A stretch of 64,000 nucleotides of DNA from an uncultured Planctomycetaceae bacterium. GTDB lineage: Bacteria > Planctomycetota > Planctomycetia > Isosphaerales > Isosphaeraceae. Both the position numbers and the translations under genes were made by a program. Positions 28,872 to 39,509 of the stretch are shown here, piece by piece. The notes under the pieces are model-generated. The model was not told where the DNA came from and ran no database searches. It saw only the letters and a program-made list of their open reading frames with translations. The DNA lies in the NCBI GenBank assembly GCA_963833985.1, contig CAWIAD010000002.1, forward strand, positions 4,448,001-4,512,000. The letters are read 5' to 3'. Within the stretch, counting starts at the first letter, position 1, and each line of letters begins with the position of its first letter.

Positions 28872-29912
28872 CTACTTGTTCTTCTCTCGCGGCCGCGGCG
28901 CGGGCGGCATCCGCACCATGCTGTACTCTTCCGTCTGGGAGATCACCCGGCCGCCTACCGTCCTGCCAAGCGACGCCCAGTGGTAATTATGATCATTCAC
29001 TCGCGCGATGACGTGCGTCGCTCCGGCCACGCGGCCGTCTGGCAGCACGCCGGTCGACTGCACCACCCAGCGCGGGCCGTCCTGCGTCCACAGGCCGGTG
29101 CCATATCCGCCGGCCGAATCAAACACCCACGACTTGATCTGCCGGGAAAGCGGGTCCCAGCCAATCCTCTCGTTTACCGTCATCGCGGGCTTTCCCTGCA
29201 CGTGCACCGAGAAATCCCGGGGCAGGAAATTGCCATCCGCGGACCAGTCGGTATGGACCTTCACGACGGCCTGATCGTCCTCGTCCATCCAGTCTCCTAC
29301 CAGCCACTCCAGCACTTGCAGGCGGTCGCGCGGCGCGAGTGTGACATCGTGCTCTTCACGCACGGATGCGAATCGCCACTTGCCGTCCTGCTTCTCCAGA
29401 AGTGCGACATAGCGGCGCAAGCTGCACGGCCCTCCGTCCTCCGGGGTAAGCCGGACCTGGCCCTCGGCCGTGGCGGCCTCGTGGCCCAGCAAACGGAACG
29501 ATTCCAGCGAAAGCTCCATGCTCTGGTGCGGAGTGGAATCAAAGAACTCCGCGTACTCATTCTCGATCGCCTTGCTGCCGGTGGTGCGGTCACCAGACTC
29601 GTCCACCAGTTCCGCGTCCGCAGCGAACAGGGCAGCCAGGCCACGGGCGTCCTGTGCGTTGTAGGCCTTGAGGAAGGCCTCGGCGGTCGCGCGAATCGCC
29701 TGCTCATCCTCGCGGCGGATCGGCTCGGCCCCCGGTGCCGGCCGTTCCGCATCCGCCGCGCGGCGAGCAGTCTCCTCTCCCTGAGACTTCTCTCCAGCCG
29801 GGACGAAACCGGCCTGGGGTTGCTTTGCTTCCTGATCCCGCTTCTGCGCCCGGGCTGTCCGGCCGGCGAGCACCACCGCGGCGATCAGGAGAAGGATCCG
29901 CGCGGCTCTCAT
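28872..29912 (-). CDS. SgcJ/EcaC-like (DUF4440, SnoaL/NTF2 fold) secreted protein
   Basis: Signal peptide; EQAIRATAEAFLKAYNAQDARGLAALFAADA..DGKWRF; second domain LEWLVGDW, IGWDP..IKSWVFDS. Confidence 0.8.
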   Translation of the reverse strand: MRAARILLLIAAVVLAGRTARAQKRDQEAKQPQAGFVPAGEKSQGEETARRAADAERPAPGAEPIRREDEQAIRATAEAFLKAYNAQDARGLAALFAADAELVDESGDRTTGSKAIENEYAEFFDSTPHQSMELSLESFRLLGHEAATAEGQVRLTPEDGGPCSLRRYVALLEKQDGKWRFASVREEHDVTLAPRDRLQVLEWLVGDWMDEDDQAVVKVHTDWSADGNFLPRDFSVHVQGKPAMTVNERIGWDPLSRQIKSWVFDSAGGYGTGLWTQDGPRWVVQSTGVLPDGRVAGATHVIARVNDHNYHWASLGRTVGGRVISQTEEYSMVRMPPAPRPREKNK

Positions 29913-30022
29913 GGTTTGAAGACCTCCGACCAAAGACCTGGAAAGGGGCCCGCCGCCTTTCCGCTTGGCCCCGGGAACGGTTGCACATGAGGCGACGACT
30001 AGAAGACTCCTATGAGTAAACG

Positions 30023-30038
30023 TGCAATATCCATGCCG
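30023..30038 (-). promoter_or_regulatory. sigma54 -24/-12 promoter upstream of the SgcJ-like gene
   Basis: Minus strand CGGCATGGATATTGCA (GG-N10-GC) ~110 nt upstream of ATG. Confidence 0.65.
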
Positions 30039-30187
30039 AAATTCAGATTCAACCACGCATGTTCGTGCTTATGGATTCCGGGCATTCCGCGCAAAAAAAC
30101 CGCAGGCGGCATCGAGCTGCGCGCTCATGATGCCGCCTGTGGCCTGCTACGGAGATGCTCTGTTCGATGCGCCTCAGCCCATGCTCG

Positions 30188-32488
30188 CTAGTGTGACCTG
30201 CTGAAGGCGAGCCCGGGGTCGTCGGGCGGACCCGCCATGACCTTGAAGCGGAAATGATCGTTATCTTGCCAGGTTACCCGACCGACGAGCGGGGGCTGCG
30301 CGTCCTGCCCCGAACGGGCCAGGGTGAGGATGCCGTTGCCATAGGTTTCATCGCCCTCGAACTGTTCGGTCTTACCCTGATTCGTCACCATCCAGCGGAA
30401 GTGGTTCCCCTCGACGTTCAAGCGAATTGACGTTCCGCTGCCGGGTTCTGCGGTCCACGAACCCGCCAGGCTGCCTTCGGCTGCCAGCGGTGTTGTCGCG
30501 GTGGTGGCTTCCTTCGGCGCGGGCGCCCCGGCCGCCGGCATGGTGGCCTGGGTGGCCGTCAGTGGGGTGGCCGCTTGCGGCCCAGCGCCACTCAGGGAGT
30601 GCAGCATCTCCATGGCGACCAGGTCCCTGGGTTGCAGCCGGGTCACTTCCTGGAGCTGCTTGATCGCTGCATCCACGTGCCCCGCGGTGACGTAATGATA
30701 GGCCAGCACGAACCGATCCGCCGCGGATTGGGGAGTCTGCTGGACCGCTGCTTCCAGTGTTCGCAACTGAGCGGTGTAGACCTCGACATCGCGATACAGG
30801 CCGACAAGCGTCGGCCAGTCCCATCCCGGCCCGGTAGCGAGTACAGCGTAGAGCGCCGAGGCCGCCTCGTCATAACGCTGGAGTGCAAACAGCACGAGTG
30901 CGCGGAACTCGTGCAGCGAGACGTCGTTCGGCAGTTGCCGCAACGCCTGGTCGGTCGAGTCGAGCGCCTGGGTGTAGTTTTCCTGCTTGAACGCGGCGCG
31001 TGCTTGCTCGAACAGGCTGTCGGCTTGTTGCTGCACCGTCTGCGCCGGCTCCGGGGCCGTCGTGCTGATCGGCTGCGAGTAGTCGTAACTGGTCGGCTGC
31101 TGCACCACGACGACGTAGGGATTGGAGTACGACGAGTAGCCCCAGTCGTACAGCGACGAACCGTAACCCCCATAGCCCAGGCCCCCGTAGCCGAGCCCGC
31201 CATAACCATAGCCGCCGTACCCGCCGTACCCGCCATAGCCCGGGTAGCCCCAGCCACCGTATCCACCGTAGCCGCCATAACCACCGTAGCCGCCATAACC
31301 ACCGTAGCCCAGGCCGTACAGCCCGCCGAGGCCCCAGCCCAGGCCGCCAAGTCCCCAGCCCAGCCCGAGTCCCATACCCAGGCCATACCCGAAGCCCATG
31401 CCAGGGAAGCCGTAAAGGCCATAACCGCCATAGCCAAGGCCATAACCGCCATAGCCGCCGTAACCACCGTAGCCATAGCCATTGCGTCCATAGCCATAAC
31501 CGTAGCCCCGGCCATAGCGCCCGTATCCGCCATAACGCCCCTGGCCCAGTCCGGGATACCCCCAGCCGCCGTATCCCAGGCCGCCATTACCGCTGTTGTA
31601 ATTCAATCCACGGTTGCCGAACTGACCACGGTTGCCGAACTGACCGGCGCTGACGTTATTGATGGACCGATTGCCCGTGACTCCGCCGTTCCAGGTCCCG
31701 CGCATCCATGACTGGCGACCCGCCATGAGCGCACCAGCGCGGTTTGCCCCCAGCCCGCCGGCTCCGGCGCGGTTGCCGCCCAGGGCCGTGCTGCCGAACC
31801 GGCCCGTGCTGCCAAGCCCGCGGGCAGCGTAGTTGGCCCGGTTGCCAAAGGCAATTCCGCTGTTGCCCGGCCGCGAGAGACCACCCGCCCCACGACCCGC
31901 CAGTCCGCCCATCGAGGGCCTCATCCCGGAGCCCAGTGCTGAGCCAGCGCGGAGGCCGTTGTTCCCGACTCCTCCGCGGAAGCTGCTCATTCCCGATCCG
32001 GGTCGAGACCCGCCCATGCCCGGAGTCGCGCGGAACCCGGCACCGGTTGCTCCGCGCAGTCCTCCGTAGCCGGCGGCGGCACCGAAACCGCCCCGCCCCG
32101 GAGACATCCGAGCACCCATGTTCGGGGACGCACCGAATCCGCCCATGCGTGGAGCAGCGCCGAAGCCACCCATCCGGGGCGCACCGCCGAATCCGCCCAT
32201 GCGTGGAGCAGCGCTGAAGCCACCCATCCGGGGCGCACCGCCAAAGCCACCCATCCGGGGCGCACCACCAAAACCACCGCCTCCGCGGAAACCTCCACCG
32301 CCGCCACGGAAGCCACCGCCGCCGCCACGGAAGCCGCCACCTCCACCGCCGCCACGGCCACCGCCGCCACCGCCGCCACGGCCACCGCCGCCACCGCGGC
32401 CAGCGGCCACCGCGGTCGTGGGGTTGCCAGCGATCAGCATCAGGAAGCTCAGTCCGGAGACCGCCAGCACGTTTCGAATGGTTCTCAT
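30188..32488 (-). CDS. Secreted Gly/Tyr/Arg-rich low-complexity TPR protein, paralogue of 26875-28800
   Basis: Signal peptide, GGFRGGGG and MGGFGGAPR repeats, GGY tract, same LHEFRALVLFALQRYDEAA and TYGxGILTLA motifs. Confidence 0.8.
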   Translation of the reverse strand: MRTIRNVLAVSGLSFLMLIAGNPTTAVAAGRGGGGGRGGGGGGGRGGGGGGGFRGGGGGFRGGGGGFRGGGGFGGAPRMGGFGGAPRMGGFSAAPRMGGFGGAPRMGGFGAAPRMGGFGASPNMGARMSPGRGGFGAAAGYGGLRGATGAGFRATPGMGGSRPGSGMSSFRGGVGNNGLRAGSALGSGMRPSMGGLAGRGAGGLSRPGNSGIAFGNRANYAARGLGSTGRFGSTALGGNRAGAGGLGANRAGALMAGRQSWMRGTWNGGVTGNRSINNVSAGQFGNRGQFGNRGLNYNSGNGGLGYGGWGYPGLGQGRYGGYGRYGRGYGYGYGRNGYGYGGYGGYGGYGLGYGGYGLYGFPGMGFGYGLGMGLGLGWGLGGLGWGLGGLYGLGYGGYGGYGGYGGYGGYGGWGYPGYGGYGGYGGYGYGGLGYGGLGYGGYGSSLYDWGYSSYSNPYVVVVQQPTSYDYSQPISTTAPEPAQTVQQQADSLFEQARAAFKQENYTQALDSTDQALRQLPNDVSLHEFRALVLFALQRYDEAASALYAVLATGPGWDWPTLVGLYRDVEVYTAQLRTLEAAVQQTPQSAADRFVLAYHYVTAGHVDAAIKQLQEVTRLQPRDLVAMEMLHSLSGAGPQAATPLTATQATMPAAGAPAPKEATTATTPLAAEGSLAGSWTAEPGSGTSIRLNVEGNHFRWMVTNQGKTEQFEGDETYGNGILTLARSGQDAQPPLVGRVTWQDNDHFRFKVMAGPPDDPGLAFSRSH
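32115..32275 (-). repeat. Coding 27-nt tandem repeat (MGGFxxAPR)
   Basis: Repeated CCCATCCGGGGCGCACC / CCCATGCGTGGAGCAGC units. Confidence 0.8.
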
Positions 32489-32529
32489 GATCCGGGCACT
32501 CCGTCGATGGGGCCGCACGTCAGGCGCTC

Positions 32530-33861
32530 TTATTCTATGAACGGAACACCCAGGTTGTTCAGCAAATCGACCCCGTGTGTCCGGTTTTCAACCTCGTGCG
32601 GGCGTGTCGTGTGGCCCGTCTCGGGCATCGCGAGCCCGAAAAAGGCGGCGGCGGCGGCGGCAATCGCCGCCAGCGTCAAGAAACCCGCGTCAAACCCGGC
32701 GGCCTTGACCACGAACCCCGCGATCAAGTTACTGAGTCCCGCGCCGATGCCGGTCGCCGTGGCGATGGCCCCCTGGGTGAAGTTGAACCGGCCCGTCCCC
32801 TGCGTGAGGTCGGCCACGACGAGCACCGACACGACCCCGAAGACGCCCGCGCCAATGCCATCCAGTAGCTGCACGCCGACCAGGTAGTATGGGTTGACGC
32901 TCAGGCAATAGAGCAATCCCCGTACCGGAAGCACCGCAAACCCAACCAGGAAGACCGGCTTGCGGCCCGAACTCGTGGCCAGCCGGCTGGCGAGCACGGC
33001 CACCGGCACCATCACCACCTGGGCGGCGATGATGCACGCCGACATCAGCACCGCCGCACCCTCCTTCATCCCATCACTCGACTTCTGGCCGACCAGCGGC
33101 AGCATCGCCGCGTTGGCCAGGTGAAACAGCATCACCGAGACGGCGAAGACGAGAATGCGCCGATCGGCGAACAGTTCCGTGAGGGGCACGGTCCGCTCGA
33201 GCCCGTCCTGCCCATCGTCGGCACCACGAGCCAGCACATGGTCGATATCCTGCTCGCGGATCAGCAGCACGGCCACCGCGCTCGCGGCCGCCATGCCGGC
33301 CACGAGCAGAAACATGGACCCGTAACCGAACAGGTAGACCAGGCCTCCCGCAAGGGCCGCGGCCAGCACGTTGCCGGCGTGGTTGAACGCCTCGTTCCGT
33401 CCCGTCCGCCGCGCCAGCATTGCCCGGCCGACGAGACCCAGGCTGAGGGCGGCCAGGGCCGGCGGAAAGAGCGTGGCGGCCGCCCCGATCGTCGCCTGCG
33501 CCGCGACGACCACGGCGAGCGTGGGCACCAGGTACAGCAAGATGCAGCCCGCTGCCACGACCGCGGCCGCGATGGCAACCGCCACGCGCTTCCAGCGGAT
33601 GCGATCCACAATCGCTCCGGCGGGGGTCTGGGCCAGCACCGTGCCGATCTGCGAGGCCGCCAGGGCAATGCCCACCTGGCCCGCATCCCAGTGATGAACG
33701 TCACGCAGAAAGGTCCCGAGGAATGGCCCCATCCCGTCGCGCACGTCCGCGAGAAAGAGGTTCGCCGCGTCGAGCATCCGCAAGCTCCGCGGCGACGGCC
33801 CGGATCGGGAGTCCTGCGCACCGGAATCAGCAGCCCGCGCCCTCTTCGAGTCCTCGCTCAT
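32530..33861 (-). CDS. MFS transporter
   Basis: NLFLADVRDGMGPF, GRNEAFNHAGN, FHLANAAMLPL, DLTQGTGRFN; about 12 TMs. Confidence 0.9.
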   Translation of the reverse strand: MSEDSKRARAADSGAQDSRSGPSPRSLRMLDAANLFLADVRDGMGPFLGTFLRDVHHWDAGQVGIALAASQIGTVLAQTPAGAIVDRIRWKRVAVAIAAAVVAAGCILLYLVPTLAVVVAAQATIGAAATLFPPALAALSLGLVGRAMLARRTGRNEAFNHAGNVLAAALAGGLVYLFGYGSMFLLVAGMAAASAVAVLLIREQDIDHVLARGADDGQDGLERTVPLTELFADRRILVFAVSVMLFHLANAAMLPLVGQKSSDGMKEGAAVLMSACIIAAQVVMVPVAVLASRLATSSGRKPVFLVGFAVLPVRGLLYCLSVNPYYLVGVQLLDGIGAGVFGVVSVLVVADLTQGTGRFNFTQGAIATATGIGAGLSNLIAGFVVKAAGFDAGFLTLAAIAAAAAAFFGLAMPETGHTTRPHEVENRTHGVDLLNNLGVPFIE

Positions 33862-33878
33862 GTACTTCCTCGGTTGCC

Positions 33879-35123
33879 TCAGTAGGACACCAGGGCCAGC
33901 CAGGCAATGCCCAGCAGCACCGTCAGAACCGTCAGGGGCACTCCCACCCTGAGATACTCCAGGAAGGTGATCTCGATCCCCGCGCGGCGGGCGTTCTCGA
34001 CGACGATGAGGTTGGCGACGGAGCCCAGCAGCGTGAGGTTCCCCGCCAGCGTGCTGGACATCGCCAGGGCCAGCCAGGCCGGCTCCTGCCGCGGCATCAC
34101 CTCCATGAGCGGCTTGAACAGCAGGACTGCCGGAACGTTCGAGACCAGGTTGGAAAGCAGCACCGACAACCCGCTCGTGAGCACCACGGGCGAGTTCAGC
34201 AGGGCCGTCCAGCGCTCCAGGCCCCAGCTCCGCACCACATGCACCTCGAAGGCGTGCACGACCACGAAGAGACCGATGAACATGACAAGAAGGGGCCAGT
34301 CGATGGCGCGGTAGACCCGTTCCGGACGGACCCGGTCCAGCAGCAAGATTGCCGCCGCCACCGCGGCCACCACCGCGATCGGCAGGCCGGTGAAGAAGAG
34401 CGCCACGGTGGCCAGCGTCACCAGGCTGCTCTTGATCAGCAGCCTCAGGTGAATCCTGGGGGCAGGCAGCGTCTCGGCCACCGCCGCGGGACTGCCGCTT
34501 GCCAGTAGCGCCTTGCGGTACACGAGCGCCACGACGAAGAAGTCGAGCACCAGGCCCAGCACCGCAATGGGAGCGAGCCGCGCGGCGAACCGGACGTACG
34601 AGATGTGCGACAGGGAACCGATGATGATGTTTTGAGGGTTGCCGGTGATCGTCGCCACGGAACCGATGTTCGAGGCTGTCGCCAGGCCCACCAGGTAGGG
34701 AACCGCCGGCCGCCTGAGACGCTGGCAAAGCTGGACCACCAGCGGGGTGAACGCCACGCACACCACATCGTTGACCAGGAACGCCGAGAACGTTCCCGAG
34801 ACCAGGATGGTCACGGCAAGCAAGGCCAGCGGGCCCGAGCAGCGGGCGGCAATCTGTTCGGTGGCCAGCGTGAAGAACCCGGCCATGCGCAGGAACGCGA
34901 CGAGCACCATCATGCCGAAGAGGAGCACGATGGTCTCGTGATCGACGGCCCGCGCCGCCTCGCTCAGGCTGAGGGCGCCGCAGGCCAGCATCAGGGCCGC
35001 GCCCACCAGGGCGATGCCGGCGCGATCGGTCCGCAGGCCGGGAATCTTGCCGATGGCCAGCCCCACGTAGGTCAGGCCGAAGATCACCGAGACCAGCGGG
35101 TACAAGGTTGGCGGTGTGGTCAC
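33879..35123 (-). CDS. ArsB/NhaD/SLC13-type anion transporter
   Basis: SAFLVND, SNIGSVATITGNPQN, SNVPAV, STLAGNLTLLGSVANLIV. Confidence 0.9.
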   Translation of the reverse strand: MTTPPTLYPLVSVIFGLTYVGLAIGKIPGLRTDRAGIALVGAALMLACGALSLSEAARAVDHETIVLLFGMMVLVAFLRMAGFFTLATEQIAARCSGPLALLAVTILVSGTFSAFLVNDVVCVAFTPLVVQLCQRLRRPAVPYLVGLATASNIGSVATITGNPQNIIIGSLSHISYVRFAARLAPIAVLGLVLDFFVVALVYRKALLASGSPAAVAETLPAPRIHLRLLIKSSLVTLATVALFFTGLPIAVVAAVAAAILLLDRVRPERVYRAIDWPLLVMFIGLFVVVHAFEVHVVRSWGLERWTALLNSPVVLTSGLSVLLSNLVSNVPAVLLFKPLMEVMPRQEPAWLALAMSSTLAGNLTLLGSVANLIVVENARRAGIEITFLEYLRVGVPLTVLTVLLGIAWLALVSY

Positions 35124-35140
35124 GAATCAACCTTCCTGAA

Positions 35141-36433
35141 TCACGGTGTCGTCGAGAGGTCAGTGACCGTGGCCATGGGCACGCCGGCCCTGCGCCCGCG
35201 TTCCACGCCGCTGTCCATCTTTGCCAGCGTCTCCGGCACGAACGCCACAACGATGGCCGTGGCCGCCACGCCCACGCCGGCCAGGGCCGCGAACAGCCCG
35301 CGGTACCCCAGAGAATCGACCACGAAGCCCGAGACGGCCGGCCCCACCGCCGAGCCCAGTACCAGGCAGGAGCCGACGATCACCTGCGCTTCGCCCGAAC
35401 GTCGCGGGTCGGCCAGACGATCCGTCACCCAGGCGGCCGCGATCACGGCGAAGAGACCATTTCCCAGGCCATCAAGGATTTGATTCGCCACGGCCATCCC
35501 GGGGCTCGCGACGATCGAGACGATGGCCAGGCGCAGGGTCATGATGGTCCAGCCGGCAATGAGCAGCGGTTTGCGTCCCCAGCGATCGGCCACCCAGCCA
35601 GCCGGCCAGACGACCAGCAGCCAGGCGACCATGCTCACCGCGAAGGCGTAGGCAAGCATGCGCTCGGGGGCATGCAGATCACGCTTCAGGAACAGGCCCA
35701 GGTACACGCCGCCGGGCGCATTGGCCGCGTGGTAGAGGACCATGGCGGCGATGAATGCCCAGAGGCCGGCGTCACCGAGGAGCCCCTGGGCCCTGCTCTC
35801 GGGCCTGGCATGGTCGCCAGCCTCCAGGGCGCCCGCCCGGTGCCCGGAGTCTGCGTTCTCCTGGCGGTCCTTGCCGTCTTCGTGGATCAGCAGTGCGGCG
35901 ATCACGGCCAGGCCCTGCACGGCCGCCAGCGGCAGCAGGATGGCACCAACCCCGTACTGCTCGGCGAGGCGGCTTCCAGCCAGGGCCACCAGCACGATGC
36001 CGACCGGCTTCCAGAAGCGTAGCAGGCCCAGGGCCGTGCCCACGCCGCCCGCGGGCGCCAGCGCAGCCGCCTCCGCACCGGAGAGGCTCTCGACCACCGC
36101 CCTGCAAATGCCGTTCTCCGCGAACAGGACCACCAGCAGCCCCAGCCACACCAGGTTCTCCGCCCCGCGCAAGAGCACCGTGGCGAGCGCCGCCACCAGC
36201 AGAGCGACGATCAGGAACGGCTTGCGCCAGCCGATCCGGTCGGACCAGAGGCCCACCGGGAACTGCGCCAGCCCGGAGAGTGCGGCCAGGGTCGAGATGA
36301 TCCCGATCGCGCGGTCCGACAGCCCCTTCTCGCCCAGGTAGAGTGGCAGGTAGGGAAGTGTGAAGCCGATCGCCGCCATTCCCAGAAAGTAGGATCCGTA
36401 AAGTCCGAAGCGGTTGCGCCAGTCCATATCCAT
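35141..36433 (-). CDS. MFS transporter
   Basis: GLWSDRIGWRK and GWVADRWGRK MFS motif A; multiple TMs. Confidence 0.9.
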   Translation of the reverse strand: MDMDWRNRFGLYGSYFLGMAAIGFTLPYLPLYLGEKGLSDRAIGIISTLAALSGLAQFPVGLWSDRIGWRKPFLIVALLVAALATVLLRGAENLVWLGLLVVLFAENGICRAVVESLSGAEAAALAPAGGVGTALGLLRFWKPVGIVLVALAGSRLAEQYGVGAILLPLAAVQGLAVIAALLIHEDGKDRQENADSGHRAGALEAGDHARPESRAQGLLGDAGLWAFIAAMVLYHAANAPGGVYLGLFLKRDLHAPERMLAYAFAVSMVAWLLVVWPAGWVADRWGRKPLLIAGWTIMTLRLAIVSIVASPGMAVANQILDGLGNGLFAVIAAAWVTDRLADPRRSGEAQVIVGSCLVLGSAVGPAVSGFVVDSLGYRGLFAALAGVGVAATAIVVAFVPETLAKMDSGVERGRRAGVPMATVTDLSTTP

Positions 36434-36533
36434 TTCCGTCTCTCATCAAGGGAGGAGCATCGGGGAAGAAATCGGGCCGGGGCCAGCGATGCGGCCCCGG
36501 ACCTTGCAAGCGGTCAGTGTCCTGGCCGCCCGG

Positions 36534-37358
36534 TCATTCGGGGGGCAGCGGGGGCGGCAGCTCGGCGTCGCGGCGCCGGCCGCGCTTCTCCTTCGGCTCG
36601 GGACCGTCCGGCGGAGCCGGCGGCTCGCGCCGCGGAGCGGCCTTGAGCAGGCCGCGGCCAGGGCGGTCGGGGGGGCCGTCGGCGACGTGGCCGAGGTGGT
36701 CGATAACGTGGGTCATGGCTTCGGCCGCCCGGGCAAGCTCGCCCCCGCGCTCGTCTCGGCCCGCCTCGAGGTCGCGCCGGGCGGCCGTGTAGAGGTCGCG
36801 CGCGGCCTTGACATAGACGGCGGCTTCACGCGTGGTTTCACCGCCTTTGACCTCGCCGAGGCGATCGTAGGCGCGGTTCAGATCGCGGCGGGCCCGCTCC
36901 GTGTTCTCCTGGGGGCCGAACTCCGTGGTGGGGGGCGGCAGCTCGGGATCGCGGCGATCCAGGATCGCGGCGCTCTGGGCATGGTCCGCGGCCCGGGCCA
37001 GGTCGTGGGCGATGGCGCCGTACTCGTGGGCCAGGAAATCATCGCCCTGGGAGAGGGCTTTCAGTCCGTCGCGATAGTATCGGGCCGCACGATCGGTCCA
37101 GTCGCGGATCCGCTCCTCGGATCGCCCCGCGGCCCCATCCGCGGCGCGAAGCCGGCGCAGCAGGTCGTACGCCTTGGTCAAATCGCCCCTGGGTCCGGCC
37201 TCTGCCTTCTTCCTGGCCTCTTCCTTGCCCTTTGCCTTCCCTTTCTCCTTCGCCCTGGGCGGTTCGGGGTCGTCGCGTCCCGGCCCTTGCGCCGGGAAGA
37301 CGGCGGCCAGCCCCAGGCTGATCACGACGGATGTCATCATGGCGACGAGCTTCAGCAT
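36534..37358 (-). CDS. Secreted helical hypothetical protein with internal repeat
   Basis: GGAGG RBS; signal peptide; two similar helical units (A..LARAA.H). Confidence 0.7.
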   Translation of the reverse strand: MLKLVAMMTSVVISLGLAAVFPAQGPGRDDPEPPRAKEKGKAKGKEEARKKAEAGPRGDLTKAYDLLRRLRAADGAAGRSEERIRDWTDRAARYYRDGLKALSQGDDFLAHEYGAIAHDLARAADHAQSAAILDRRDPELPPPTTEFGPQENTERARRDLNRAYDRLGEVKGGETTREAAVYVKAARDLYTAARRDLEAGRDERGGELARAAEAMTHVIDHLGHVADGPPDRPGRGLLKAAPRREPPAPPDGPEPKEKRGRRRDAELPPPLPPE

Positions 37359-37462
37359 GGTGGTCCTCCGTTCTCGATCTCAGTGCAATGCATTTCGCTT
37401 GAGGCAACCGGCGTTCGCGGTACGCCCACGACTGCGGTTCCTCGATCCGCGGAGCACCTCAT

Positions 37463-37478
37463 CGCAGAACCCGTGCCG
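37463..37478 (-). promoter_or_regulatory. Putative sigma54 -24/-12 promoter
   Basis: Minus strand CGGCACGGGTTCTGCG (GG-N10-GC) ~105 nt upstream of ATG 37358. Confidence 0.5.
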
Positions 37479-37589
37479 GCCGGGAAAACGGCCGGATTCC
37501 TGCATTTCCTGCGGTCTGGTGCGATCCGGCTGGGCGAGAATCCCCCGTTTCGGGGGCATACCCCCCAGGCGGGGTCGCGGCCCCTGCCA

Positions 37590-38190
37590 CGCCCAGGACC
37601 TGCTCATCCGGGGCGTCCAGCGAGCCCGTGCCGCCATCCTGGACGACCTCCCCGAGCGTTTTCGCTTCCGGCAGGAGAGACTCAGGGCAGGGAACTGCCG
37701 TTCCTTCCTGATCGAGTGATCCGGGAGGTGGTCGCCAACGCCGTGATGCACCGCTTGTACCGGGTGCATGGGTCCATCCCGATCATCCGCTACGCCAACC
37801 GGCTGGAGAGACGCAATCCCGGCTACTCGCTCAGGGCGGAAGAACGCTTGGGCGAACCCGGTTCGGAGACCCGCAACCCAGGGATCGCCGCCATCTTCCA
37901 CGACGTGCGGCTCGCCGAGACCAAGGGGGAGGGGCATCCGGGTCATGCGTGACTCGATGGCGGAAGGCAACCTGTCGCCGCCCTGTTTCCAGTCGGATCG
38001 CATCAACAATAGCTTTCTCGTGATCCTCCTCTTTCATCACTTCCTCAGTCCCCAGGACGTGGAGTGGCTGAATGACTTCCGGGGGACGGTCCGAGCGAGT
38101 GCGAGACGAAGGCACTGGTTTCGGCACGTGAGGTCGGGGCGATGGACAACTCGTCTTATCGGAACCTCAATCGAGGCGTTGATACGCTGT
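37590..38190 (+). pseudogene. Degraded fragment of an HATPase_c_4 (RecG C-terminal-like) ATP-binding regulator
   Basis: IREVVANAVMHRLYR..IIRYANRLERRNPG..RNPGIAAIF..AETKG / GIRVMR split over several frames; no start. Confidence 0.7.
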
Positions 38191-38337
38191 GCGTGAGTAA
38201 GATAATTGACGCGAAATTCGCGCATTCTGATCAACTTAACTGAAGTCTTGGCGATGACCACCATCAATTAGCGTGATCGAGCGAGAGCTTTCGCATGGCG
38301 TGTCCCCGTTCAATGTCCTCAGTCCAAGGAGCACACC

Positions 38338-38849
38338 ATGATAGGGCATGAGTTGCATCGAAGTGGCAGTTTCTGGTCCTTCCTTTTGTCGATTGACAAG
38401 GACCTGGCCGATTCGACTCGGCAGCAAGGATGCTCGTGCGGTGGTCGCCTCCACTACGCCAACTACCCGCGTGCACCGCGGGACGGGCCGGATCATCTGC
38501 CAGAGGAGTATCGCTGCCGGTTCAGCTTCCGCTGCGATCGCGACGGCTGCAGGAAGAGGATGACGCCGCATTCGGTCCACTTCTCGGCAGAAAGATCTAC
38601 CTTGGTGCCCTGGTGATCTTGATCAGCGCCATGCGGCAAGGTCCAAAGCCGCGCCGGGTCCACGAGCTTTCGACGCTGTTTGGTGTTGACCGGGCGACCG
38701 TCGCGCGATGGCAGGCCTTCTGGCGCGACCACGTTCCGCAGACGCCTTTCTGGAAACTTGCGCGAGGTCGCCTCCCCGAGCAATCCGCTGATCAAGATGA
38801 TTTGATGGTCGACGTTCACCCGCAGAGGATGCGTCGTCACCGCTTCTGA
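38338..38849 (+). pseudogene. Frameshifted Cys-rich/HTH transposon accessory gene (DUF6431-like)
   Basis: CSCGGRLHYANYPR..FSFRCDRDGCRKRMTP / LGRKIY..VDRATVARWQAFW; family recalled as the first gene of integrase-ATPase transposons; no integrase follows. Confidence 0.55.
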
Positions 38850-39509
38850 TCAGCGGCGTGCATCGACTCAGGAGGAGATCTTATGCTGTCGAAGGCCATG
38901 AGAAGACCTTAGAAACGTCCCGACTGGGTCGATCTGGTGCCTGCGGAACGGACCCTGCTGGAATGGCTCATACCGAGGCCTTCGACCCTGCGCAGTGACC
39001 GGCGGCCTGGAAACAGAGCGGCCTCGCCAAGTCGTTCCCCGTTCCTCATAGAGTGTCAGGGAACGGAACGCTCGTTCAATGCACCGAGACGTGCAGCCCA
39101 CGACGCCGGGGTGGAGGTGAGCGGTTCAGCCGTCTCCGTTCCTCGGGGAGAGTCTCCGCCTACGGGACAGCGAATCGCGGCACTCATTTCAGCTACCCCT
39201 TCTCCAAGGTGCTGCTGGGAGGTACATGAACTGCCAAGTGAGGGCACACCTGATGCTTCGCAGAAACTGCTTCGGTGTCGTCGGACCGACACGCGCAAGA
39301 AGACTCCCAGTTCGAGGGAAACGGTGCAGGAACTGTAGCGTTAGAGGACGTGCACCAACTCGGTTCAAGTCCGGTTGCCCCGCCTCTGACGGGATGCCTG
39401 GCATTCCTGGTTCACGGCGTCGAGTCAAGTCCGCCGATCATTCTCCTCACTTCTCATTCTTTCATTTTTCTCTGTCCCCGGTCGACCTCCGCCTGCAATC
39501 TATAGAGGT

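Noticed and set aside
32530..35250. 906-aa ORF as a single fusion protein
   Set aside because: The N-terminal half is an off-frame shadow of the anion transporter; the MFS starts at 33861.
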